A stretch of DNA of 64,000 bases from Anthoceros angustus (lineage: Eukaryota > Plantae > Anthocerotophyta): assembly GCA_010909165.1 (NCBI GenBank), contig MU008234.1, positions 1 through 64,000 of the forward strand, read 5' to 3'. The notes below the pieces were generated by a model that saw nothing but the letters and a program-made list of their open reading frames with translations, did not search any database and was not told the DNA's origin. Each line of letters opens with the position of its first letter. The stretch's first letter is position 1. Position numbers and translations under genes: made by a program. Positions 50,869 through 63,400 of this stretch are shown piece by piece.

Positions 50869-53800
50869 ATGCCTCGAGCTGGGAAAGGCAAGGGGAAGGA
50901 GCCACCTGCCAAGGGCTCTTCCTCGCGAGGAGGAAAGGAAAAGAAAGCGGAGCCTGCGCCACCAGGAGGGGGTGAGGTCGAGATGCCTCAATTCACTTGC
51001 TTTGCTGGACAGCTCAACCCCCGAGATTTAGTGGATTTCAGGCAGTGGGCAGAGGAAGACAACATACAATTGGGTTGGGTGTATGGCCGCCAATGGGCCT
51101 ACACCAATTTGGAATTGATTGAGGAGTGTTACATCAACCTCCATCAATCGGAAGCCGCCGCCGCTAATGGAGAGGAATGCTAGGGCGGATCCGTTGGGCC
51201 GGTCAAGTATTCGACAGGTGTATGGAAGACCGGAGGAAGAAAGCTCCGGAATTGCTCTCCTCGAAAGGTTGAATGGGGGGAAGAGGACAGCCCTCGCTGA
51301 CATCCCGCAGGAGTTCCTTGACATGATGGATGGAGGAGTGAAGGCCCACGCCAAGAATGGCTGGAAGACCGAGAGCATCAAGGAGCTGAAGTGGAGGCTC
51401 TTCGCAAAGATTGTGCTGGGGTTGGTAAATTACCAACGCACCTCTTATTTCAGCACCAACTTCCTCCAATTTGGAAGATTTCCATGGGAGCCAAGCCGGA
51501 TTGGGGGACTATCATGTATGAAGCGTACATACACCATCGAGAGAAGCTCCTCAAGCCAAATTCGGTGGATGAGGAAGGACCAAGGCCCTGCTATCTTAGC
51601 ACCTATTTGGTGCATTTATGGGAAACCGAGGGACTCCTCACAAGCAAGGAGCTTGAAGATGCATGGCATCCCTTTGAGGTCATCCATCTCCAGCCGAGGT
51701 TGGAAAGGCCTTTGCCTTTTGCATTGCGAAAGACGGTGGGAGGTCAGACCTCCACAAAAATGCTAGAGGCAAGAGGAGAAGGTTCGGAGGCAACAAAGTT
51801 GCCGGAGTGGGAATCCTTTCCCCAGAGCAAGCAAGGGAAGAAGAGCAAGAAGCGGCCGAAGAAGGCCGGATGGTGGTCTATGAGAGAAGGACCACGGGAG
51901 GGGTGACAGCCCCGAGAGTGAGGGGAGTCCCCACCATCTCCTTTGTGCCTACGAGAGAGGCACCCCGACAGACTACCCCGGTAGGGAGGCAGTCTACCCA
52001 AGGGGGTGGGCAGCCTACCGTGGTAGGCAGTCAGCCTACCATGGTAGGCGACCACTGGGGAGCACACCCCAGAGGCGGGCACCCCACGCCGCCAGCAAAC
52101 ACTGGTGGAAGGGAAGGAGAAGCGGCGAGGTGCGCCGCCACCATCTTCCGCGGTGGGAGGCGGATGGAGGAGTGAAGGGGCCCGCACCCGATGGCCCGAG
52201 AGGTGAGAGCTGGAGATTTCCAGCAAGAAGAAAGAAGGGGTGGAATTAGGACCCCTAGGAGAATTCTTTGGGTGTGAAGCACTCACCGTGTGGATTTGAA
52301 AGGCTAGAGCTAGCCTCCTTGTGGGCATGCCAAGAGGAAGTGAAATCTCAAGACATGGCCGGGAGGAAGGCAGGACCAAATGGCAATTGGAGGCCATGGA
52401 GTCCGACGAAAAGGCAGCCAAAAGGAAAAAGGCTGTGGAAGCTCCAGCGACCTTATGGATCGGGCGCGGAGAAGGTCTTGGAGGGAGGTTGGCTCAAACC
52501 AAGAAAGAGCCATCCGAGCAACCACCCAACGAGACTCATGGAGATGTATATGGAGGAGCATTTTGCCCAATTAGAGCAAGAGCGAAGGGCAAAAGCAGAG
52601 GCTCTCGGAAGGAGAAGGTAGCGGTCCGGCAAATGGGCCAGCAGTGATGGCTACGCAAGCCATCCGGATCCGGACATGAAGGAAGAGTTGAGAAGAGCCC
52701 GGTTTAGTTTGGAAGAGAAGCGCCCTGGAAATTCAAAACCAAGACTGTGAGCCGGAGCGAGAAAGATGCTTGGCAAGCGAGAGGAAGGGCTTGCTCAACG
52801 AATAGAGGACTTGGAAGGAAAAAGGTCCAGGGAGGAGTACCACAAGAAAGTGGTACATAGAATCGGTAGTAAGGAAGCGAAGGTTTTGGGCGATTATGCC
52901 CTTCAGCAAAATTGGCCACCAAATAAGGAAGCAAGGGAGGAGAATGTGACCCTCCATGTCAAGGTGGGGGAATTGACCACCTCAAGGGACGCCTACAAAG
53001 GTAGGTGTGAAGATGGAGAGTGGCCCACGGAGATTGATGATCTCCAAATGCAATATCATAGCTTGGGGGCTCACCTCCACAATAGAATTTTGAAGGCCAA
53101 CAATGAGATCTTGCGTTTGGCCAAGAGGAGGACATTGGGTCCTCATGATGATGACAGAAAGGAGCTGCAACAGGTGCAGCCAGAGGCCTCCGATTTTGAT
53201 GAGGCCATCAGCGAAATGGACTCCGAGGAATCTGAGGAGTCAGGAGACGAAGGAGCGGCCGTAGCGCCAAAGGTAGAAGGTGGCGCAAAGAGCAAGGAGG
53301 GGGGAAAGCCCACCCTCTTGGGGGGTCAACCTACCACGGTGGGTGACCAGCCTACCACGGTGGGTGACCACCTACCACGGTGGGTGACCACCTACCACGG
53401 TAGTCCGGACTACCGGTAGGGCAGTGCCGTGGGCGGAGATCGAGAGCCGCCGCGAGGCCCGGCCGAGGATGAAGGAGCCGGGGTCCAGAGTATGGAGGAG
53501 CAGTTGAGGTGGTGGGGGAGACAACCCCACCGGAGGAGACCAAGGACGGGGTCCGACCCGTCGAGGAAGGGGGAGGGGTGAGAAGTTCCCTCGCCCCACG
53601 GATAAGGGAGGAGCCAGGGCCAGGAGAGGAGACCAACGCGAAGAAGGCCCGAAGGAGTTAGTAGCAACATTGGTCAGCGAATGGGGGAAGATTCTTTGAA
53701 GACATGCTCCATGATAGGTATGGACAAACCAAACAGCAAGGAAGGAGCAAAAGGAACTCACCCCCAGGAGACATCACCGATGGAGAGGAAGGAGAAGAAG

Positions 53801-54050
53801 GAGATAGGTACCAGACTACCATGGTAGGTAGTCAGCCTACCCCGGTAGTCTGCCAGACTACCGCGGTAGGGTGCGATGAACGGGGCGACCCACCAAGGCG
53901 GAGAAAAGGCGCCTAGGTGCGCGGGAGGCGCGATGGAAGATAACAGACTTTAGGCGCCGCCTGGAGATGGAGGAAGGGCAGATGGTACTTGCCCCACACA
54001 TTAAGGCGACAAGATCCGGGAAGGGACAGAGCAAAAGGAGGCGAGGGAGC
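50869..54050 (+). pseudogene. Long frameshifted ORF inside the family 2 LTR, homologous to the family 1 LTR ORF
   Basis: MPRAGKGKGK...GQLNPRDL...LGWVYGRQW...AKNGWKTESIKELKWRLFAKIVL...PDWGTIMY...CYLSTYLVHLWETEGLLTSKELE, followed by a charged, coiled-coil-like region (52766-53419). The end is approximate. Confidence 0.72.
53330..53402. repeat. 20-21-bp tandem repeat cctaccacggtgggtgacca(g), 3-4 copies
   Basis: Directly visible; related single copies occur near 52015 and 53815. Confidence 0.85.
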
Positions 54051-55288
54051 CAATCCCCAAGGGCCATGTCACCACCCCAAATGAGATAAGACTAAGAATG
54101 GTCAATGACCATAAATGAGCTTGGGGAACGGGGAAGGATAGGTGGTGTAGATCGACATCCTTCAAGGATGGTCTTAGGTGAAGTTACTAGAATAGAATTT
54201 ACCAAGGATCGCATAATAGACTTAGGTGCCGTATATTAAATGTCAAGTAGGAAATAATAGAAAATTGGAAAAGGTGACTGCAGAGGGTCACCTAAGGGAG
54301 GTTGTATGTGGAAGGCCTCCTATAAGAGGAGGAGGATTTCACAAAGTAAAGTATCATGTCTTGCGCTTCCACCCTCATCGAGTCCTTTGCCATTACAGAG
54401 GAATTTCGTGCATGTGAGCCAACACAGTGCAGAGAGGAAGTCGCGGTGGTCGGAGTGCTTGGTGGAGGACTTGCTCGCAAGTGCCTAAACGAGTTGCTCC
54501 TTGTGAATGGTTGCCGTGAAATTGCTTTGCTTTGGGTGTGTGGCAAATGCCTGAGAACTCGGCTTGAGGGTAGACTACAGGAAAGACTCCTGGAGGTTCT
54601 CTCGTGTCAAACTCATAGCAACCGCCCAAGGAAGAACTTGCTGGTGGAGGCGGACCCTGTGCCAGAAGGGCGAGTCGAAACCAAGAAGCCCGAATCGAGG
54701 TTAGACTAGGAGGAAGAGGATGAGGAGATGAGAAGATGAGTAGAGGATTAGAGGTGTAGGTGTTAGTGGAAGGCCACAGGCAGAGCCTAAGGGACGAATC
54801 CCAAATCTGCAAGTAAACGAGCGCTCCCCGAGTGGAGAAGTTTGGTCTTAGAAGTAGGGACGAAATCGCGGTGTGAACTGGGGGTCCACAGGCGCCGTGG
54901 TAGGCCTTGTCACCGAGGTGACTCGCAATTGTGTTGTGTCGTTGTAGGTCAAGTTTGGTCTTAGAAGTAGGGACGAAATCGCGGTGTGAACTGGGGGTCC
55001 ACAGGCGCCGTGGTAGGCTCCGCCGAGGCGTGACCCGCAATTGTTTTGTGTCGTGGGTCGAGGGTTGGCGATTTTTCAAGCAAAAGGTGCGGTGCACTGA
55101 AGAGGGAGAGTAGAGGTGCCTTGCTTGTTTAGAAGGTGAGAAGTGTGTAGCAGTAGCGACGGCATCACAAGACCTCGAACTTTCACACAAGTCTCATGGG
55201 ACGAAACCCAACGTATTTAAGCGACAAGGATAAGTGTGGCCGCTTATAGTGGGAGGACCCGGGAGTGCCCGGATTCTCCCTTACCACA

Positions 55289-58050
55289 ACCCACTTACAA
55301 GACACCATTTTTCCGCCAGAGGTAATTTTGACAACTCCCATGTGCCGCTCTCAATCAATGAGTCATATTCGATTTTATAGCTTTCTCCACTCCTTGTGAT
55401 CAGTGTCCGCTCAAAGCCTCGCATAAGACCGTGGTTCTACAGGTGGTCGAGGTTAGTAGCAAGATATGCTTTCACATGTGAAGAGGAAATACGATAATCG
55501 GGGCACGATAATCGTGGAGGTCGACGCTCGAGTAGGGTAACGTCGAGCAAGCTCGCTCGTTCTTGTTCAAGTTGAGGGTCTAGATCTTGTTCAAGTTCAG
55601 TTCAAACATAATCTTCTTCCTCGCTGCATTCTCGATCACCTTCATCGTTGCATCGCAAGTGCTTGATCCGTTGAGGAATGTGATCCTACATCCGGCGCTT
55701 GGAATTTCGTTCGTGTTCTTCTTCAAACACGCCGATTTTCCCTCCGCAGAACATTTTCATCAACAGAGCTCGAGTACCATGATCCGTCGATCATAATGAG
55801 AAAGCTCAAGACTATCCTCGCCATCGAGCATGAACATGTGCTCCCACCAAGCCCAAGTCTTTGTTTCATCAAGGTAACACTTGAGCATAAATGACCTTGT
55901 TAGAAGGAACATCATATAGTTTATATGCTTTTATCCCTTCCGTATCCCAACATGAGCAGCTCAAGGGGCCTTAGCCGAAAGCTTGGTTCGCTTCGTCTGT
56001 ATGGCATATGCAAGGCGCCCAAACGCCTCAAGTGCCGGATGGATGGCCACTCGGAAAGCTTCATAAGGAGTTTTGCCTTCGATCTGTGGTGGGTAACTGC
56101 CCAAGAAAGGTTGAGGTCATCAAAGCCTCCGAAGGTAAGGGCGCTTGAGCATCATGCAAAGAATGAGGAGACCATCTCCTGCAGCAGTGTGAGATTCAAA
56201 CGCCACTCCATTCTGTGGGAGTGTATACCACCGTGAGTTGACGTCCAATGCCTTCATCTTTACGTAATCGCTGGAATTCATTAGAGGTGAATTTCGCCAT
56301 TGTCGATCTTAGTGTCTTGAGCTGCTTTCTGTCCAACGCTCAATGAACTTGATGTATTCCTTGAAATAGGAGAAACATTCGCTCTTGTTCTTGAGGATGT
56401 AGGTGGTGACAAATGCTTTTGTCATCAGAACGTTAAGAAATAACGCCCACCACCAATGGACGCTTGAGATAAGGGTCCACACAAATCGATATGTACAAGC
56501 TCAAGTACATCAAGCACGGTGAGGTGCTTTGTTCTTGAAGGCCTTGGTGTTTCTTCGACAAAACACAAGCCTCACATAAGGGTATAGGAGTCAAGGGCCA
56601 ATAGGTCCATCTTGATACTCAGCCCAATTTTGTAGCTTTGCCATGTGAGGATGACCTAGGCGTGCATGCCACAACCGAGCCTTTGCCGCTTGTTGTGCGA
56701 TGCAGACGCTCTTGTGTCGTGGGACTGCTACTCCAGTGCAAATGGAGACGGAGACGGATCATGGTCCAAGACCCATGCGCAAGTACCTTTCTAGGGTCAA
56801 ATGCATCTATGATTCGCAACTGCTTGTGAACACGACATGATTATTGCTCGGCATTCAATCTTCTAAGAGATCGTTTCTAGTCATCTCGGGCACATGGTAG
56901 ACATCTTCTAACTTGAGTGTGTTTCCGAGGAACTATTAACTCAATGCGACACAGTGAGACTAGAGACCTATCGTCCCAAGGTAAACATATTGATCCGATC
57001 AGATGTTTTAAATTCATTCCTATCAAAGCAAATATGTGCAGCACCAGATTCTAAGAACCATTCTGTTGGTTTGATTCACTTTGGAGGAAAGACAAGTGGG
57101 AAGCGACAATGGACTAGCAAACTCCCTAGTCCCAATGAAGAGCTGGGGTATTAACCTTTTACCACAACATTTGAGCTGGTTCCCTCCTTGCGAGGAACTC
57201 CGCTATGCACTCTTTTTCCCAATGGCTCCTTGCACGCCAGGTGTTCCTGCTTTGTTTCTTCCGGTGAGGATCCGCCAGCTACCCGAAGAGTTTCCACCAC
57301 CTCCTTTGGAGAAGGGCTTCTTCCTCCTCGTCCTTGTTGTGAGGTGCTGTTTCCCGCTTTCTTATGGTTGGTCCTGCTGGCTTCTTCAAAGATGGAACTC
57401 ACGAGCTGTGAGAAGCTCATTTCGAGCATCTCTATGCCTTGCTTTTTAGCTAACAACGTAGCTTGTGTTTGAGCAACAGATGAGAAGTCACGAAATGTGA
57501 CCATGACTGAAGCGAAAGAAGGAGCCTCATCACCATCTCATCATCTCCAATGGCAACTTTGGAGGCACCGGGCCGTGAGGCTAGGGTCCTGAAGGTACTC
57601 CATCCTCACCGTCCTTCATCCTTAGGTTCAAAATTCCTTAGAGAGCCATTACCATGTTCGGCTGAGAGTTCCTTTAGGCGATTCATGATTTCGGCCAAGT
57701 ATTCACCTGCTCGCCTCAACATCTCGGTTGTCGCCCGCTGCGTATGAGGTATTTGGCTCCGTCCTTAGCTAACCATTCTTCCTCTCCAAGATCCTCGTCT
57801 GGTTTCACTACTTTTCCAAGAGCATGTTTGAGGAGGCCTCTCATTTCGAGAACGCCTCCATTCTTATAAGCCGGATGTCAAAGTCATTTCATGGAACTGT
57901 CCTTCTCCTTGAAGGACTCGCTTCCAAAATTATGTGTAGAGGATGTCACCCATTTTGGGTTCTGAACTCCTAAGAGTTTGTCCTCTGATTGAAGAAGCTT
58001 TCTAATGTGTCTTCTTCCGGTCACTAGCATGAACACTATCATGGGCACTG
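55289..58050 (-). CDS. gag-pol: Copia Gag, protease, GAG-pre-integrase, integrase and RT N-terminus (frameshifted)
   Basis: Gag start region near 58050-57850; WFLESGAAHIC at 57061-57030; integrase YILKNKSECFSYFKEYIK...YTP.QNGVA at 56420-56200; WELSKLP...VSCKWV at 55340-55289. Confidence 0.85.
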
Positions 58051-59336
58051 TAGCCACTATTCTCACCATCCATACATTCTACTTACAATGCGTGTTGGTT
58101 TTGTGGTTGCTCCTGTGCATCGGCCTATGGTTTGTTCCCAAAGCGCTATGCGACTATCTTAGAGTTTCTCATCTCAAACTTATTGAATCGTAAGTGGAGC
58201 ATGAAGGGCAAGAGTTAGGTGTATCAAACTTCCTTTCATGCTTAGTTTTACTTACGTGCTTGCATCTTGTGCCTCACGAATCTTTGGGTTGGCCAACAAC
58301 TCGGTTTTGACAACATTACAAGCTTGTAATCTAAGTGTGTTAGCTCTTTCAAATCCTGCATCAATGCACGACATGACAAATCAGACATCTCGCTTTCAAC
58401 ATTCCTATTGTTAGCCTCAAGACTGAACAATTGTGTTTACACCTACATTGTACAACTTGTTGTGAGGAAGCAGCGTTGGTGTATGTTCTCAAGTGGGGAT
58501 GTTGCACCGCTACCGTCAATTGTGAATGTCAAGTCAAGCTCTGGGCAATTCGAGAAGTGTGTTGAAGGCTCCTGCAATGTGTCTCCTTGTGCTTGATCGG
58601 GCAAGTTGCTCCACCTAGGATGCGCCCATGTAATTGATGTGCTGTGGTTTTGTCTCGGCATTTCGCGTCGATCCCGCCTTGGATTTGATTGTTCCTCCTA
58701 GGATTCACCGGGATTATGGTAGATATAATTTTCCATGGCTATGTGCCACGATTGTATATACAATGCAATTCGCATTTTTCTGTTTTCTTTATATGATTTT
58801 TACATATACTCACCACCAGTTTAGTGTGCCTCCATTGAATTGCTCAAGTAGCAACTCAACTGAAGTGCGCTAGACTATCTGCTCGATCTTGCGTAATCTA
58901 TATGAATTCATCAAAATAAAAATAGAAATAAAAACAAGAATGCACCCATTCTTTTCTATCTTATGTTTCTTGATTTTAACTTATTTATAAAACAAGAAAA
59001 CAATCAAAGAAAGCATTGTATTATCATGCATTTCAATGTGCATTCATTTGAATGCAACCTACACTAGGTTAGCTCGATACCATGAAGATTTTATGGACTA
59101 ATGTAGATCAATTAAACATTATAGAATAATTACATTGTTGGATCAAGAAAGAAGTAAGTTGCTTATGCATGAAAAGACAACTAAAACTAAATTTAATGAA
59201 ACGTTGTATCTATTAGAGACGTAACCCTAATGAAACGACACCATATCTAGTAAACCCTAGCTTATCATATCTTGGTAATATGGATAACTTAAACCCCTAA
59301 ACCCTAACTATGATATCAACATTGTATATCATTACA

Positions 59337-60400
59337 CACTCCATTGTCCGACTGTGATGTTCTCCTGCTTCCAAAAGCTTGAAGCACAAGGAGGCACACA
59401 CACTCTTCCGTTGCCGGACATACGGGTTCATGCGCCTGCGCCTATACCGGAGATCAAAGTTTTGAAGGAGGTCCCGGACTTCCGGTCATATGTATGGCCG
59501 ATTAGATACATGATGGTCGCGCATATTCATCCGGTGAAAATTGAACAACTTATCATTCCGACCGGCTTAAAATCACCGAAGAGAGAACGCGGGGGATGCA
59601 TTAGCAAGCAATATTCACATTCGACATCGATGTACTAAGAAACCGCCGGTTGGGTTTTTAAATCTGTCCCTCCAACGATATAATAACAAGACGGTATCCA
59701 CGAGAGAAAGAAAGGGACGTCATGTGTTATTCCGACGGAAGGGAGTAGCACATTTGAAAGCGTGACCTGCCTCGAGCCTTAGCCGCGCCATATGAACTGG
59801 AAAGATTATGGATGGTGGGAAGCATTCGGTGGACCAAGAAGAAAATTGCGCTTATCGTGGAGAACAATATTGGGCTCGCACTAGAAGAGCCGTGGAAATG
59901 GTTCTCTCGGGCACCCAGAGACACAAAAGACAACCACTCCAAGTTCCCGATGAAGCTATCCTTGAGGAGGCGTTGCCTATAAGAGAACTCCCCAATCGGA
60001 TATGTACTTGGGGGCTTACCGATAGTTGGAAGGCAAAGCACAGGAAATGGCGCGTTTTGAATGGAGATGTAAAAGACATAAAGGAAGGGATGTTTCGCCA
60101 AAGACCGAAGACCAAATGCGCACTCCGCCGATACATAATCGGCCTTTCCAGGTTGGAAAGTTAATCAGTGAGGTTGGATGTGGAAGAGCCTCGCTCGTTC
60201 ATCAAGGTTCACCTGTACAAGATCCCGAAAGCACATAGATGGCGTATGACAAGGCATACGTGGAAGAATATGTGATTCAGTCCCATCCTGAGACAGCTAT
60301 TTGGGATTGGAAGGAAAAAGGGTGGGAAGGCGAATTTCCAAGAGAATATTCAAGAAGTCTTCATCAATAAAACTGCCATCACGTCAGACAGGTCTGGAGT
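59337..60400 (+). pseudogene. DUF7869-type transposase, 3' part
   Basis: Resumes after the LTR as ..MFSCFQKLE...EVPDFRSYVWP, completing the GHTH-x-x-D-x-MFS motif. The distal segment is DIKEGMF...PFQVGKLISEV. Confidence 0.7.
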
Positions 60401-60417
60401 TCAGCTTTGAATTCCGT

Positions 60418-63400
60418 TGTTGGATTAATAACCACGACGGTTAAATATCCCACTTACTTTTAGGTTATGCTATTTAGGTTATTAGGCTACTTTTGTATAT
60501 AACATTTTTCTGCTCATTATTAAATACACATCGTTTTATTTCCATTGCTCTCGCATGCCTGCATCTTGGCCTTTCTTGCTAGATGCATGAGGTATCTCCA
60601 CATGGTATCGAGCACCTTGATGGTGTCAGATCCTTTGTATCTTGCAATGCCTCGTGGTCGTGTGAGAGCGTGTGTTCTCGTGGTGAATTTCCTTCAAGGC
60701 ACCGGCGTGGACCACTAATCTCTCCACCCACTCCCAAGGCTGCCACTGGATTGCATTTTCTCGATAATTATCGAGAAATAATCCAGCGATGTCGGAAGAA
60801 GAGGCGATCGCAAGAGCAAAGAAGGCTCCATAATTTTAAAGCGAGCAAAGATTAAATAGACATCAAGAAGTTCAGCTTGTGGAAGTCACTCCAAACAAGT
60901 GACCAAGAATCGACAATTTAAAACACAATCTAAATATCAGCATTTAGACAATAAAAGGCTGCGATCTAATTTGGAGTTTCTTGATGATGCTATAGAAGGC
61001 GAAGATTTTGATTGAAAATCACGCACATGAGGATATCCATTCTCTTGTAGAATCTCATTGTAATCGGATTGAAAATGTGTGGCTCAATTGCGTGCAAGAC
61101 AGACATTTTTCTAGAGGCTTTGCATGAGCAAGAGCGCGTGCACTTAATTGCACCGCAAGAAGTGTTTTCGTTATTTGCAATTGACAATCATTCATTCTTC
61201 TTGGGGTTTCTAATTTGCCTTCCCTTGAGAAAATGACAGACAAGCCATCCATTGCAGGAGAATCTAAATCTTCAGGGCATTGTTGCCCACCTATCACGAT
61301 CCTGTGATTTGTTTCCGCTGCACAAGGAGAGGAGTTGCAATTAGGGATTTGTTCTTTGGATTCTTTGTGTCGCTCAATTGCTCCGACCCGCAGTTGCGAT
61401 ATGAAGAGACGGTTAGGGTTACCTGAGTATGTCACCTGCAGGCTTCCCTTCATGTTCTGCTGAATCCCAACTGCTTTCCTCCCTTTAGCCCTAGTTTATA
61501 TTTATTTTTAGGGCACGTTTATTATCTTGATAGTTACACACTAAGATTTGAATGGTTACTATTCATTTACGCATTAGTTACTTCCTTGTTAGTTAGTCTT
61601 TGCTTTGCCTCCATCTTTTACATTGTAGGTAGCTACACGCATGATCATGTCATACTTTTACCTCCGATCTCAAGAGCACGAGATAGATTTAATGGCACGC
61701 GTTTTGATATTTGGAGTGTCGGGATGAAATCCACTTTACTTGCTCGTGGAGTCCGGGATGTAGTTGATGGGACAAACCCGGATCCGGCACTCCTTCTAAT
61801 CCTACAAGCAGGAGCTACCGTTACTCAAAAGCAGAAGATGCATGGGATAACAGCGATTCTGTAGCCCTCCTAGTCAATGGGCTTGAGTCGATCTTGTCCC
61901 ACATTGAGTTCCTTACCAATGCAAAAGCAATTTGGGATCACGAGGAACTTACAAAGTTGAAACAATGATGAGCTTATGCGATCGAGCGGCAATTTTATAC
62001 CTTGCGCATGAAGGAAGGAGATTACATTGCGGCATTCACTAGTCGGTTTAGGCACTTGCGTGCTCAAATGGTCTCTTGGCACAACTATGCAAGAGGTGGA
62101 TGCGGTAGCACTGACTTCTCACCACCGCCTCCCGATTACGGACATTTGTCACCACACAAAATGGTCCCATTCGAGCTGCCGGCCAGAGTGTCAAGCTCAC
62201 ATATGTTATTGGGGCTCTATATCAAGAGGAAATGAGCCGCCAAATGTCATCAAGGGACAACACCGTTCTAAAGCGACAAAGTTTTTTCGACAAGAGGAGG
62301 TCGATTCAACATGAGGCGGAGGAGAGGTCAACCACCCTTTCGGCAAGCTCAACCATACGCATCAAAGACAAGGTGGCGCAATTGGTGTGGGACTCACGGG
62401 CCTTGGGCGAGAGTGCGAAGAAAAAGGCCGGGAGCCTCTGGGCAACACCTCGACCTCACTGCACACCACATCACAATCAAAGAGAAGGTTTCGAACCTCG
62501 GTCAAGCAAACCGGTTGTGAAAATATTAGATGCACGAGCACTCAAGCGAGTGGGGTGAGCGGTTGGTACCTTGATAGCGGTGCCACCGCTCACATATGTC
62601 GTGATGAGCTTCAATTCACTAGCTTGACTCTTACCACTATTTACGAACGAGTGTTTTAGGTGATGAATCCCCCAGCGATGCACATACATGGTAAAGGCAT
62701 CCGTAAGTTCCCACTTCATGATGATACCGCCTTAGTTCTACCGGATGTTCTTTATGTTCCTAAGATGGCTAAAAATTTAATGTCACTTAGTAAGATAATG
62801 CGATGAAGGACCTCATACTTACGCCTCGAAACCACATGTTGCTTTGCTCGTCGTAGCTCACCTTCTCGCTGTATTTTCAAAAGTCCTAGATTCGAATTGT
62901 ATCGTCTGGATATCTCTTGTATCCGTGAACAAGCAAATTCCACATTGTTGGTCCCTTGACAACAAGAAGTCAGATTTGGCATGCCCGCCTTGGGCATGCA
63001 AACCGTTCTAAACTTGTTGACTTATCAAAGCGGATCATAGAGCCCTTCCTCCTGCTTCAAAGATCTCATATGCGAAGTTTGTGCTTTGGCAAAACGAGAC
63101 TCCTTTTCCTACCTCGTGATTTCGATCCACGGCAGCTCGAGTTAGTACATGCGACATCGTGGGAGACTTCAAGAACAATCCCTTGGTGGAGCATTATATT
63201 ATTTTACTCTCACCGATGACTATAGCGGATATACATGGACCTACCCTATGGAGCATAAGAGTGACACCTTTCGGATATTTCAAGACCGGCCGTTGGTTGT
63301 TCAAAGGCAACTGGTCGATGTCAAGATGTTCCGCACCGACAACGGAGGGAATTTACAAGCTCGCCTTTGAGCATCGAAACACAAGGCATTATTCATCACC

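Larger units (their letters stand above)
49887..55288 (+). mobile_element. Gypsy family 2 solo LTR, 5402 bp, inserted in the Copia RT
   Basis: TGTGG...CCACA termini. Perfect 5-bp TSD accca at 49882-49886 and 55289-55293. Removing the insert restores VSCK-WV-FKLK. No gag-pol inside. Confidence 0.9.
47085..59336 (-). mobile_element. Full-length Ty1/Copia LTR retrotransposon (~6.85 kb without the nested insert), with near-identical ~255-bp LTRs at 47085-47344 and 59083-59336
   Basis: LTR is TGTAATG...AATCTTCA on the minus strand. PBS TGGTATCGAGC at 59082-59072; PPT (aagtggga) at 47352-47345. Flanks cacac / cac(ac)tc fit a 5-bp TSD with dinucleotide compression. Domain order is gag-AP-INT-RT-RH. 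Confidence 0.93.
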
